Of a DNA stretch of 50,834 nt, positions 34,043 to 46,448 are shown piece after piece. A program made the translations under genes and the position numbers. The DNA comes from Folioceros fuciformis (Eukaryota). The stretch lies in NCBI GenBank assembly GCA_049999805.1, contig JBNGIO010006284.1, forward strand, positions 352,001 through 402,834, written 5' to 3'. Under the pieces are notes generated by a model, which saw nothing but the letters and a program-made list of their open reading frames with translations, searched no databases and had not been told where the DNA came from. The first letter of the stretch is position 1; each line of letters opens with the position of its first letter.

Positions 34043-36427
34043 ATGGCTTCCAGACGTGCAGTTGTGACCATTTTTCGTCCCATTGCTGGATCACGGCGTG
34101 TTGCCTTCGGAATCGCTCTCCCCCGGGCTTGTGGTACGCCTGATGTCGTTCTTCCAGCTCCTTCTACGTCATCTTCATCCGAGGATGTCCCTAGGCCTTG
34201 TCGGGGAAAGGGTGCCCCGAAGGCCGCTGGCCGATTCTGGGACCGTCAGTTTCTGGCTTGGAGTGGGATGAGGCCTGGTAACGACTTGGCCGGGGTTCCT
34301 TGTTCGTTCGGTTTTGGACGGCAGTGTCTCCCTCCGTCCTCCTCCTGCCGACGGTTGGTCTCAAAGCCGCAGAGGAGCATCGTGGATGAGGACAGCGATC
34401 AGCCAGAGGTCAGCAGAAGCGAAGGCTACAGTTTGCGAGTTTTTGAGCTTCCTACCTGTAAAATTGTCATTTTGTTCAACGAGTTGGGCAGTATGTTGGA
34501 CTATTGCATAGCTGTCTAATGGGTTGCGTGGATGCGATTATTGCAGTTCTTGGACTTTCCTGGAATCAATGTTCACTATTCATACGAGATGAAGTTCATT
34601 CCTGAAGTTTCTGATGAGCCAGTTCCTTGTTACCGAGTTCTGAATGATGTCGGTCAGGAGCTCCACACCGTTCAAGCAAATCATGTAAGCTCCATGTGCC
34701 TAGTGATGCTTTTGTCCCTTGAATGGCAGCATCATCTGCGTTTTGTCGCATCATATTCGTCTTGTCAAATCTCTGTATGTCACAGGTACATTTTTCTCTG
34801 GCCAGAACGATGTACTCGCATATGATAACACTTCAAACGATGGATTTGATCTTCTACGATGCGCAACGTCAAGGAAGATTTAGTTTTTACATGACAACCA
34901 GAGGGGAGGAAGCAATAAACATTGCGTCAGCTGCAGCCCTACATCCTGACGACTTCATCTTTGCACAGGTGCTCTGTCTCTCGGAGATGTCTTTAATGTC
35001 AGGTGCCTTCCTCCTCCCTGCTGAAGCTGCAGGGCCTGACGCGCTCGGCTTTCTGCTGCTGCAGTATAGAGAGCCAGGATTGCTTCTATGGCGGGGTTTC
35101 AAATTGCAAGACTTTGCGGATCAATGCTTCAGTAATGCATCTGACGCTGGGAAAGGACGCCAAATGCCAATCCACTATGGATCGAAGGCGTTGAACTATT
35201 CAACGATATCCTCCCCTTTAGCGTACGCAGACTCATACAAGAAGCCACTCCACCCCTCTTTGCTCCTCTACAGTACTTGCCATGTCTATAGGTCGTCCGT
35301 AGAGGCACGTTTATCCACTGTTGGTATGCCTTGTACAGGACACAGCTTCCGCATGCGGTTGGGGCAGCGTATGCGATGAAAATGGCCAAGCAACGAGCCT
35401 GTACTGTTGCATTCTTTGGTGAAGGTGCTACCAGTGAGGTGGGCGTCAACCTGAGTCTGTAACGTTCCTACTCTTCTGTTCTTCAGCATGCAGCAATTGC
35501 AAAGTAGTATCGCTGACAGCTGTGCTGTGGATGTAGGGTGATTTCCATGCTGCAATGAATTTTGCAGCAGTACTGGAAGTTCCAGTACTGTTCATCTGCC
35601 GTAACAATGGGTGGGCTATCAGTACTCCATCGACTCAACAGTACAAGGGTAGATTCTCAGCTAATACAGTCACCTTACTGCTGCAGCAATGGTTTAGCAG
35701 GAGGACCTCTCACCTCGTTAACCTCCGTGTTTCACATACAGGCGACGGTCTTGTTGGTAAAGGACGAGCGTATGGAATGAAAAGCATTAGGGTTGATGGC
35801 AATGATGCTTTAGCTGTCTATGGTGCTGTGAAAGAAGCGCGAAGGATGGCTGTAGAAGAATCGAGACCGATCTTCATTGAGGTGAATCCGGAAACCCTAG
35901 TTGCTTCCCCGTACAGCACACTGCTTGTGTAGTGCGCTTTACTTTCTTTCTGGTATTCTCATCTGATGGCTCCCTTTGCTGGCAGGCATTGACGTACAGG
36001 GTGGGTCATCATTCGACATCTGATGACTCATCCAGATACCGTTCAGGAGCTGAAATTGAGCATTGGAGAGATGTCCGCGACCCTGTCCTTCGATTCAGGA
36101 GATGGATCGAGGGCAAAGGGTGGTGGAATTCGGAGGAGGAGCAGAAGATAAGAGCTCAAGCGCGTAAAGAGGTTCTGATCATACACAAACTCACTCTGCT
36201 CAGTTCCTCGTTCTCTCCTACTAGTACAGTTGTCTAAGACATGCCCTGCCCCTTTGCAGGTCTTGTCGGCCATGACTCTTGCTGAATCCAAGAGAAAACC
36301 CCCGTTGTCAGATCTGTTCACTGACGTTTACGACAAAGTCCCCAGCAATCTAAGGGAACAAGAAGAAAGCCTGCGACAAACTGTTGCCAGATATCCCTCG
36401 TTGTATCCAAGCAACACCCCTGTGTAA
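34043..36427 (+). CDS. BCKDHA: Branched-chain 2-oxoacid dehydrogenase E1 alpha subunit, mitochondrial
   Basis: Inferred exons 34043-34408, 34547-34684, 34786-34968, 35065-35222, 35339-35438, 35537-35648, 35742-35881, 35986-36171, 36260-36427. Motifs [33 protein letters not shown]-binding [16 protein letters not shown]...CRNNGWAIS, and [12 protein letters not shown]. Confidence 0.95.
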
Positions 36428-36841
36428 ATATGGGCGTGGTAGAGTTCCTGACACCATACGTAGGATGTAAAGTACGTAGTTGCGCTTAATTCTCTGGCTT
36501 TGATCTTGCGATTCCAGGTTGTAAAATAGGTATGTACATGGTTACGAAGAACATCGCTCCTTTGGACCCGAGCGTGAATTGTTTAGGTACACCCGCCAAG
36601 CTTGGCACACTGCTTGTTGGAAACAGCACATCACTGCAAGTGTGCTGAGGCTTTCACATAGTATGAAAAATGGGTGTCCCGAGGTTTTTGGAAAACCATC
36701 CATTTCGTTGCTGTTCCTGTTGATGGGCTGACTGGCTTCGCGTTGTGGTACTCGGTTCGCGGTTCTCAAAGCACAGAAGGGTTTGCGGAAGTCTTGTGAC
36801 GCCGAAGACACGGACGGTGTCATTCAATAGCGCGACCGGCC

Positions 36842-37744
36842 ATGGCGCCGGCGGCACGGCTGCTGCTGCTTCTGGCTTTGACAGCTTTGTGTGTGCCAGC
36901 GCTGGCCGCGAAGAAGGTGACCTCGGCCCGCAAAGAGGATGTGAAGTTCATCAGGTGCGGGGTGTGCGACCACATGGTGAAGCAACTGGATGCTCAGGTG
37001 AAGGCGCAGAAGGAAGCAATTGCTCCTAAGAAGCTAACAGAGTTCCAGATCATCGAAATTGCGGAGAACATCTGCAGCTTGAAGAAGGCAGAGGGGGAAT
37101 GGATGATGCGGATTGACATTGTTGAAGCGGGAACGAAGCTGGAGCTTGTGGAACAGTCAGAGGAAGGAGAGTGCAAAACCGAGTGCAAGACCATCGAGCG
37201 CGCATGCCAGGAGGTTATGGGAGATCACGACACAGATGTGGCGGAGAGCATTTATAACAAGCATACTGACGGTGATGCGCTGCATAATCTGCTGTGCAAA
37301 GATCTGAGTAAGGCTTGCAAGTATCCTGCTCCGCCTGTGCCGAAGAACAGAGCTCCAGGTGAGCCCTTCTCTCCGAAGAGCTCCAAGGATGCGGAAATCG
37401 AGCGGCTGATGCGCTCCATGAGCGACATCCCTGGAGCAGGGGGCATGAAGATGTACTCCAAGGATGATCTCCTTTCTTGGCCTGGCGTTGGGGGAGACGA
37501 TGGCGACCAGTCCGAGCACGAGGAAGATGAGGAGGATGACTTCGACGAGGACGCGTATGTCTCTCCTCCAGTAAATTCCCGAAAGCCTAATGCGAAGGCG
37601 TCAGGCTGGCGGGCACGGCGAGATCTCATCCTAAGCGGAATTGGCAATGTTGTCTCATCGGCAACAAGGCAGTTTCAAGATCTGGTAACTAACGCCAAGT
37701 CTCTCTTACGGTCCATAGCTCCAGCAGCAAACGTGGAGTTGTAA
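36842..37744 (+). CDS. Canopy/saposin-B-like ER protein (DUF3456-like), intronless
   Basis: Hydrophobic signal peptide, CGVC and CKTECKTIERAC cysteine pattern, LCKDLSKAC, acidic stretch, C-terminal NVEL (ER-retrieval-like). Confidence 0.82.
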   Translation: MAPAARLLLLLALTALCVPALAAKKVTSARKEDVKFIRCGVCDHMVKQLDAQVKAQKEAIAPKKLTEFQIIEIAENICSLKKAEGEWMMRIDIVEAGTKLELVEQSEEGECKTECKTIERACQEVMGDHDTDVAESIYNKHTDGDALHNLLCKDLSKACKYPAPPVPKNRAPGEPFSPKSSKDAEIERLMRSMSDIPGAGGMKMYSKDDLLSWPGVGGDDGDQSEHEEDEEDDFDEDAYVSPPVNSRKPNAKASGWRARRDLILSGIGNVVSSATRQFQDLVTNAKSLLRSIAPAANVEL

Positions 37745-38067
37745 TGTAATGCAGTCTCTGTTTCGTCGTGCGGCTTGGTGAAGCTTGCATTACAGACATG
37801 ACAAATTGAATCAGGAAAGGGATAATTTCCCTACAGTTTTGAGTGACTTCTGAACCCTTGTTCCCTCGCTAGTCAAACTGCTTTCTTGAGAAATGGTTCC
37901 ATGAATATGTCGCAAAGGGTTTACAAAGATGTCGTGGGACGCGCTTCTGCAACAGTTCTGTACAAGTGACTCGTGTATCATACTAGAGAGGTTCCTGATA
38001 CTGCTCTGGACATAGTACTATGATCTTCACCCTTGAATTGGGGAAAAGGATCAGCTTCCTCAAGGTC

Positions 38068-39092
38068 TTATTTCTTGAAGATGTTCTTGATCTCGCCTGA
38101 GGTTACCAGCTCCTCTAAGACGTCAGCTCCTCCGACGAACTCTCCCTTGACATACAGCTGCGGAATGGTAGGCCACTGGCTGTATGTCTTGATGGCCTCC
38201 CTCACGCCTCGGTTGTGCTCCTCATCAAGAACATTGACAGTCTCGTAATCCACACCCTGCTCGTTCAAGATGGTGAGCACCTTGTGCGAAAATCCGCACT
38301 GAGGAGCTGTACGAGACCCTTTGATGAAGGCAACCACAGAGTGCGACTTCACCACAGTGTCCAGCAGCTGCTCCAAGGTGATATTCAGCTTGGTGTCGGC
38401 CCTCGGCATGAGCTTTAGATCAGCTTTCACTCGCTTCGCCTTCCTCTCTGTCCAGGTGGTGTTGCCCTGCACATTCCCCACAGGGACCTTGCCTGTTGCA
38501 TCGATGTGCTCTTGCATCCAAGCTTGCCATGCTTCCGAGAGCGCTGCCCGATCTGGAGCATCTATGACATCGACCTGAGAGGTTCAGAACGGCAGCATCA
38601 GCAACGGGACCAGGCCAATCAACCCTAGCCATGGTACAACCAGGATATCCAGAAGGGACGGGGTAATGGATCAGGCACCTTGACAGAGCCACAGAGCTCG
38701 GGAAGCTCCTGCAGGTGGTACTGAATGCTGGTGGAGACGCGTCTCGACAGTCCGACGTACTGGAGCTCGCCTTCTTTGTCGTACACAGCGTACACGCCCG
38801 GCGAAGCAGGAAATTCATTTGCCTTACCATCCTCCCCGAGGAACGGCGCGGCCTCGACCTCCTGAATCCTCCTCACTGCGCGCACAAGGAACGTTCGCGA
38901 ACCAGACGCATCCGTCCTTCTGGAGGAGGAGATGGACAGATGCACTAGCCCCTGTCTCTGGATCCGCTCCCGAAACGAGATGCTTTCTGGCAAAGCCCGG
39001 GAGCAGGAGACAGATTGCCACGCTCTGGGCCGGGCTCCACCAGAGCGGGTTGCACCAGAGGTGCAGGCGGTGGATGTGAGCGTGGACGCCAT
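38068..39092 (-). CDS. GRXS16: Chloroplast GIY-YIG plus monothiol glutaredoxin S16
   Basis: Exons 39092-38679 and 38574-38068. Ser/Arg-rich transit-peptide-like N-terminus, GVYAVYDKEGELQYVGLSR (GIY-YIG-like), PQCGFS active site, WPTIPQLYVKGEFVGGAD. Confidence 0.93.
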
Positions 39093-39681
39093 AGCCAAAG
39101 CTTGATCCACTCTTCCTGGGTCCAGAGGATGGGCCTGCACAAAGGGGATCCGGATTCTCGTGTGAAACCAACGTTGAGGATAGTGTTTGCTGATTGCACT
39201 GGCCCTCACATTTTGGATGTTGCAGATGACAAGATGTTGCAGAGCCGCTGAGTTGCAGCAATACAAACGTTGTATGAAGCACGATCTCACTCCACAGTTA
39301 TCGGGCCTCACTCTGATATCATCGTCAAGTACCCAGGAGTGTATCTGCAGGAGAGCACAAGCTGCACCGGTCCTTCTCGAGATACCCCTCTTCCGTTTTA
39401 AGTTAGCTTTGGCGAGTGTTATTAGGAAGCAAGCCATCCATCTATTTCAGAACGAAGAAATCTATTTTACAGCTCTTGTGCGACCAAAAATGGTGCAATG
39501 GCTCGCTAACGAACATCTGAACAGGACTGTATTATCGTGTGCAGGCTGCTACTCCGCATTACGGATTCCCGGCTCTGTGGAGAGAGAAGCCCTAGAACGT
39601 GCGCGAATTCACGACTGGTTCAGGACTCGCCCACGATGGCGATAGCGATTCCGCTGCTTTGGACGACGGAGGAATTGTGAA

Positions 39682-42600
39682 ATGCTGACCATGTCTTCCA
39701 CGTTGGGCAGCGTGTGGGTCTCTGATCACAAGTGGTATCTGGCCACCAGCTTGGGGGATCAGAATGCTGTTTCTCTCGCTCCATGGAGACCCAGATTTCA
39801 CGGGAATGGAAATACTGAGGTTCGGAGTCAGGTCACCTGTTCCACGTCTGATTGTGTGCATAGGGGCTTGGGGAGCAGCATGAGGGCGACGAGCAAGGGC
39901 AGGAGGCGGCGGGAAGCCACTGGGAGTGCGGCAGAGGCTGCAAGTCTGGAGGAGGTTCAACAGCAAGGGGAAAGGGACGAGGCGGAGTCCCGGTTGAATA
40001 CTCCAGGGGATCCTGGCAAGGTGTTTGTCTCCAATTTGCCGTTGCATGTACAGAAGGAAGCTATCAGGAAGTACTTCAGGCAGTTCGGGCAGATTGACAA
40101 CATTGTGCTCATCAGAAGCTTGGAGGATCCAGAGAAAAACAGGGGTTACTGTTTTCTGTATTATGGGGGTCTGGATGCGGTTGCTTCTGCCGTGCGGGCC
40201 ACGGAGATGGACGGAGCCAAGTTCCATGGGAACATTATCAGTGTGAGACTCGATGATGGCCGGAGGGCGAGAGCTAAGCTGCAGGAGAGAGACAGGTGGG
40301 TGCAGGGGGAGGAGAAGGAGTACCGGACACCGTGGCATGAAGAGCGAGAGAGAGCCGCCATTGGGTTCAGGAAATGTGTTGAGCAGGGGAGCAATTCGTT
40401 GCAGCAAGTGGTTTCGGCTTTTCAAAAGATTGACAAGGTACTGTTTGATTTGTTTGGCGAGGAGTAAGTGTTAGCTGTGTGTCGAACATATGCCTAGGAG
40501 TAGCTGCTATGGGAGCATTAAGTTGGGAGTGGCAGGTGGGGGTCGTCCTTTCTGTCGAAGGGTTCTGGGATGACATGTAGAGTTTTGATTTTTTTGGTTT
40601 TCCAGCCAGATCGACGGGACTATGCATTGTTCGTAAATTACTATGCAAAACGTGGTGACAAGCATGGTGCTCGTGCAGCATTTGAGAACATGCGGGCGCG
40701 GGGAATTGAACCCAATGTACACGTGTATACCAAGTAAATCCTTCAACTCTGGTGGCCGGTAGTGAGTGAGTGTCTGTCACACATGTTCGTTGTATGTAGG
40801 TTGGTGGTGCCGTGAGATGCCTGAGGCCAGCATGGGTTGGGCTTTTTCACTTTTTGGGTTCACCTGCAGCCTAGTGCATGCGTATGCTATGAGCAAAGAC
40901 ATGCGTGGAGCAGTGGCATGCGTGGAAGACATGGAGGCTGAAGGCATTTCAATGAGCGAGGCTACGTACAGTGTCTTGATCTCTGGGTTCGCCAAGTGCT
41001 GTAACTCTGAGTACGGGTTCTGCCACCGTCTGCCTGGGATTTGCCATACTGGAGAGCTGGCTTTTTTATTTGCTTCGGCTTCTGCCTTCACACGTACGTC
41101 ATCTGGCAGGGATGCAGAGAAATGGTTCCAGAAAGCTAAGGCATCACATTGCCCTTGTAATGCTGTTATATACAACAATATAATCAACGCATACAGGTTA
41201 GCCCTGCCCCGGTGATGGTTACCCACGTGTTGGTGTAGCTTCTGTAAGCACTGAAACTGGGGCTCCAGGAGCTGCAGCCTGCTAAGCTTACTGTCCAGGT
41301 GACACCTTCACAATTTCTTCCTTGGTCATTGGCGGAGGGAGATCATGAGGGGCTGAATCCCGGTGTGCATTGTGCTGTTCACCGCGGAGTATGTTCTGAA
41401 GGTGTAGCTATGCTGGACAGAAGGCTTCGCAGGACACAGCTCCTGGAGCCCGGGGTTGAAAGCTCTACAGCTAATGTGCTAGTCACGGTTGCAGCAAAGC
41501 AGGAAAGATGACAAAGGCAGAAGAGTTGTTGGTTGAATTGGAAGAAGAGGGACTGGATGTGACACTAGGATGCTACAACAGTCTTTTAGATGGATATGCA
41601 AACGCTGGGGAAGAGGAGAAGTGCTTAAACGTCTTTTCTAGGTTGCAGGTACTGCTCCCCTTGTATTAGATTACTGATAGCGCCTGCTTGAGGGTACTTT
41701 GTGTTTCACAAGTAAGAGCTATTTCTCATCTCGTTTTCTTGAATTGTGTTTCAGAAAGCTGGAATGTCTCCCACGAGTATCACATACGGATGCTTAATCC
41801 GTCTGTATACAAAGGTAAATCAGAATGGAAGCGGGTGACGTGAAGTTCGTGGCAAGCTCGTTGGCTTTCTTCAAGTATTGCACATACTCATCAGTATCAC
41901 GTGGACGTGCAGGTCGGGAGGATTGCAAAGGCACTTGCTATCTGCAACGAAATGAAAGTGCAGGGTATCCCGCACAACAAGAAGACGTATGCAATGATTA
42001 TGGCTGGTTATGTTCAGCTGGGAGATTTTGCAAATGCCTTCACCATCTTTGAGGAGATGATGGAGCTTGGTCTGAAGCCAGATGTTGTGATCTACAACAT
42101 CTTGATAAATGCCTTTTGCAAGACCTCTCAGATGGACCGTGCATGCAGCCTAGTTACGCGCATGAGGGAAAATGGGCAGAGCCCCACTGCTCAGACGTAT
42201 ACAACCATCATTGATGGCTTTGCTCGAGTTGGCGATATCGATACTGCTCTTTCAACTGTTCGAGATATGAGAAAGGCGGGGTGTTGGCCTAGCGCTGTGA
42301 CATATAACGTAATAATGCATGGGCTTGTGCAAAATCGCCAGGTATGTGTTTGATACATCTGAATTGGTGAAGGGTATGTTCGGAAATGAAACTGCTGAAA
42401 TTTGCCTCCGTGTCAATCAAATCTGGGTTACTTGTTGCTGCAGGTCGGAAGAGCTGCGGCTGTTATTGATGAGATGGTTCTCGCTGGGGTTGCGCCAAAC
42501 CAAAGGAGCTATTCCATCCTCATGGAGGGTTATGGAAACAATGGGGAGATCGGTACTGCCTTTGAGTACTTCAAAAGGATGAAAGCTGAGGGTTTGCAAC

Positions 42601-43572
42601 TGGATGTAGTGTCGTATGGTTCTCTCCTCAAAGCGTGTTGCAAGGCGGGCCGGATGCAAAGCGCCCTTGCCGTCACAAACGAGATGAGTGCCGCGGGAGT
42701 GGAGAGAAACACTTACATCTACAATACCCTTCTCGATGGGTGAGTTCTCTGTGCAATAAAATAGTTTGCATAATTCTCAGTTTACAAAACGGTATGCTGG
42801 CAGCGCTAAGACGTTCACCTTATTTTCAGCTGGGCTCAAAGAGGAGATATGTGGGAGGCAGCAGATGTGATGCAGCAAATGCGCAAAGATGGCCTCGCGC
42901 CAGACATCCACTCGTATACTGCCTTTGTCAATTCCTGTTGCAAAGCAGGAGATATGCAGGTAGGTATTCTCACTGGACTATCTTTGCAGCTCAGGTGCTC
43001 GTATCCGCACCCTCTCGGCAACGAAGGCGCAATTCTTGTCACTGACGTGCAATTGTTGTTGTTCACAGAGAGCAGTAGACACATTGCAAGAGATGAAGAG
43101 AGTGGGCGTCGAACCCAATTTGAAGACTTACACATCCTTGATCCATGGATGGTCAATAGCATCCTACCCTGAGAAGGCGCTAGCATGCTTTGACGAAATG
43201 AAGGCTGTGGGCCTGAGACCTGACAAAGCTGTCTACCACTGTCTGATGACATCCCTACTGTCAAGGGCAGCCGTAGCAAGGCAAACCGTCTACGATGGCG
43301 TGGTCCGCATCAGCGATGAGATGGCAGCCATGGGTATGTGTGTGGACATACCCACCGCTAAGCACTGGCAGAAGTATCTTTTCAGAGCCGAAAGAATGGC
43401 CGGTGACCTTACCAGAGTTGTGGAAAGAATCTTCCCGCCGGACTGGGATCCAGATTGGCATAGAAAAGCTGTAGAGGGTGAGTTAGACGGATCCAACAGC
43501 TCGTGGGATAGTGGACTCTCGGAAGACGAACTTGATTCGGAGTCCGAATTCGACTCTCTAGAGCCAGAGTAG
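39682..43572 (+). CDS. PPR4: Chloroplast RRM plus P-class PPR protein, PPR4-like (plastid rps12 trans-splicing factor family)
   Basis: Inferred exons 39682-40437, 40606-40733, 40870-41010, 41110-41196, 41495-41648, 41755-41814, 41913-42341, 42444-42739, 42830-42959, 43069-43572. RRM (KVFVSNLP...NRGYCF), EYRTPWHEERE, P-type PPR array, C-terminal GDLTRVVERIFPPDW. Confidence 0.88.
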
Positions 43573-44244
43573 TGCTACAGGAGTCCTGTATAGATTGTTG
43601 AGACACAGCATTTCGGACTGTTCATAGATGCGAAGCAGACAGTTCTGTTGTGACTCTTTTTTTCTAAACTTCGCTTGCTGACAGGGGGTACGCAAAAAGG
43701 AACCTGAGCGAGTCAGGAAATCTGTTCGCCAATATCTGTCTTGCCACGTCAAGATCCACCGTGTTGCGGCTCAGTTCCCGACGATGAATCTTGGAAGGGT
43801 GAATTTACCTCGGGGTAGGAATCCTGGATCTCTGGCACACATTGGTGGTGAATTTGGAGTCGTGAAGTGTCCTCCGACCTGATCCAAGGGCAGGAAAGAG
43901 CCTTGAGGAACAGAGGAGAGAGGCAATGAACCTTGGCCTTGTGCATGTACTGTATATCCTTGGGTTACGAGGATTGAGATTGCTCTTGGGCCCTCGAGAC
44001 TCGATTTTGTCCGCTGACTTGGACTGGGCCGCCGTATTTCGCTTTGGCACTTAGAAGCTGAAGGACTTGTGGGTTGTGCGGCCTTGCACTGGAAGTTGGA
44101 AGTGGCTTGCGATCGCAATCTGAGATCCAGAGGCAGTTGTGAGTTGGGGAATGCGAGGGTGAGGCTGTGTAATCGGGGGTGATCAGGCTCCTTCTGATTC
44201 GACGCTGGGAGGCAGGATTTTAGCTGAAGAGTGGGGGGGGCGCA

Positions 44245-45565
44245 ATGGCGGTGGCAGTGTGGGCAGCTGGGCAAGTGGCGGCTGTAGGCTACAATGCTCT
44301 CAGTTCTGGGAGGTCGCACCCGGGTGTGGGCATAGTGCAGCTCAGGAGCACCTTCCATGGCAGCTCTCCTCCCTTCCTGGGTGCCTCCAGGTCTGGGTTT
44401 CAAGGCCAGAGTTGCGTGGACTTGAGCCTGGTGAGGGAGGCTGGAGCTGAGGACAAAAAGGGAAGGCTGACCACATGCATGGCCTGGGGAGGGGCTTTGG
44501 CTGCTGTTCGTCTCATCATCCAAGGCAAGAATTTGGAGGTAACGACTTCCTGGGACTGTGAGGTGAAGTCCCAATTGAGGCTCTCCGTGGGCGGGCTTGG
44601 CGTTTGCTAACATGTTGGTTGCAGTTGACGGACTCGATCAAGGCTTATGTCGAGGAGAAGGTGGGCAATGCTGTCCAGAATCACGGTAATCTTGTCAGGG
44701 AAGTGGATGTGCGACTGTCGGTTCGTGGTGGCGAGACTGGGCGTGGCCAAAAGCTTCAGAGATCGGAGGTATGACTGTTGGGTTCACTAGTAGTTCTTTC
44801 GCATGAGGGGGTAGCGTCTCTATCAGTTTGCGAGTTCGTTGTGCAGGCAGGCTCCTTTGTCGGTACTGTTGATGGTTGCGTTCTGTGCAGGTCACGTTGT
44901 TCACAAAGAAGCATGGAGTGGTGCGAGCAGAAGAGGAGTCTGACAGCATGTATGCGAGTATTGATAGGGTTTCCGACGTCATATCCAGAAAGCTCCGTAA
45001 AATCAAGGAGAAAGATGGTGGACAAGGCCGCACTTACAAAATGCGACACCAGCAGTCCCGTATCGGAGAACTTCTGTCGGACCAAGTGGTTGACCTGGCA
45101 CCCATTCTAAGGAAAGAGCCTGATGACGACTTGCCGGATGAGGTATGCGCCATCTTGTTTGCCAAGCACTGCTAGGGGGCGCACGTTCTTGTTTCTGATT
45201 CCTGCTGGTTCCTCCTGTCTGCTTCCTTCTCAGGTGGTGAGAACCAAGTACTTCGACATGCCACCCATGGGGGTCGAAGATGCTCTGGAGCAATTGGTGA
45301 ATGTAGGCCATGACTTCTATGCTTTTCGCAACTCTGAGACAGGTAACGAACATTTATTCAGGCCGGGCTCGGTCCAGACTGTCACGCCTTCCAAACGCAG
45401 TTCCTTCCGTCGTTTTCGACCGTTCAGTATGGCTGACGTCTTGTTCTGTTTCTGTCAGGCGACATTAACGTCCTGTACAAGCGAACACACGGTGGATATG
45501 GAATGATCGTGCCCAGGAGTGAGGGCTCGTGGGAAACCTCGAAGAATGGTGCACCCAAGAAGTGA
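44245..45565 (+). CDS. PSRP1: Plastid ribosome hibernation factor PSRP1 (HPF/S30AE family)
   Basis: Inferred exons 44245-44538, 44625-44768, 44891-45142, 45234-45342, 45459-45565. Motifs [77 protein letters not shown]. Confidence 0.93.
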
Positions 45566-46448
45566 TGGGGAGCTTGCTCTACTGTGATCTGTTTTGAATC
45601 ATGTCATCTGGTACTTCTTTCCTGAGCATTACTAGATGGCAAAACTGCTACAGAAGCGAGTAGGAAGCCATTTCAAGTGACTGTGTAGCTGAATGCGGAT
45701 GTCTTCACGTCCATGACTGCTATCACACACAGTACCTAGATACAACATGATTCGTCTGATCTGGAAGTAGAACTGGTTGCCGAATGCATGTGTCCTGTGG
45801 TCGGGACCGCCAGAGAGGAGCCCGGCGTCTGGGAAGCAAAGGGCGCCATGCCAACTTAGAGTGAATTTGCAGTCCGTGGTGGCAGCCAACAAAGAGCTTT
45901 CGTCCAGCGTTTGGGGTTTGACGAAAATAATCTCACAGAAGGGCCGGGACCTCTTCCAGCTTCTAGACTATCCTGGGACCCTCTGCCAGCTATCTAGACT
46001 AGCCTTCACATGAATTCTCATTTCTACAAACAGGGTCGTCTACTCAACCGACGTGTTTTAGCACCCGCTAGATACTTCAATCAGAAGTCTTTGGCGTGCA
46101 AGGAACACGTAGACGAGCCCCGCGAAGGAGCAAAGGTTCCACGAGGTCTCAGTGAGAAGCACCTGTGCCTCCGAGGCCCCAAGACAGACACCCAGCATGA
46201 AAATTGCGTTGCCATGAATATGCCTAGTTGCAACTGCACACCCTGTGTGAATGAATGCCTAGATGTGCTTGTGGCGCAAAAGAAGCGTGTTGGACTTGTT
46301 ATCTCCCGATTACTGTACATACAAAGACACTGAAGCTTGTTGGAAATGGCGGGAGGGCAAGATTCCGGGGATACTATGTCGTGAGATCCAACTTCAAATG
46401 CTGAAACTCATAATCAACCCTTGCCGTCTTACTGCACTTCCGTCAGGA

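Noticed and set aside
33000-36600. TPP riboswitch near the TPP-dependent BCKDH gene
   Set aside because: I did not find the conserved aptamer motifs by eye. An Rfam covariance search would settle it.
38679-38830. GIY-YIG motif as a homing endonuclease or mobile element
   Set aside because: It is the normal N-terminal domain of GRXS16.
39592-40425. 277-aa antisense ORF
   Set aside because: Shadow of PPR4 exon 1.
43771-44613. 280-aa minus-strand ORF
   Set aside because: Antisense to PSRP1 exon 1 and its leader, non-ATG start, no recognisable domain.
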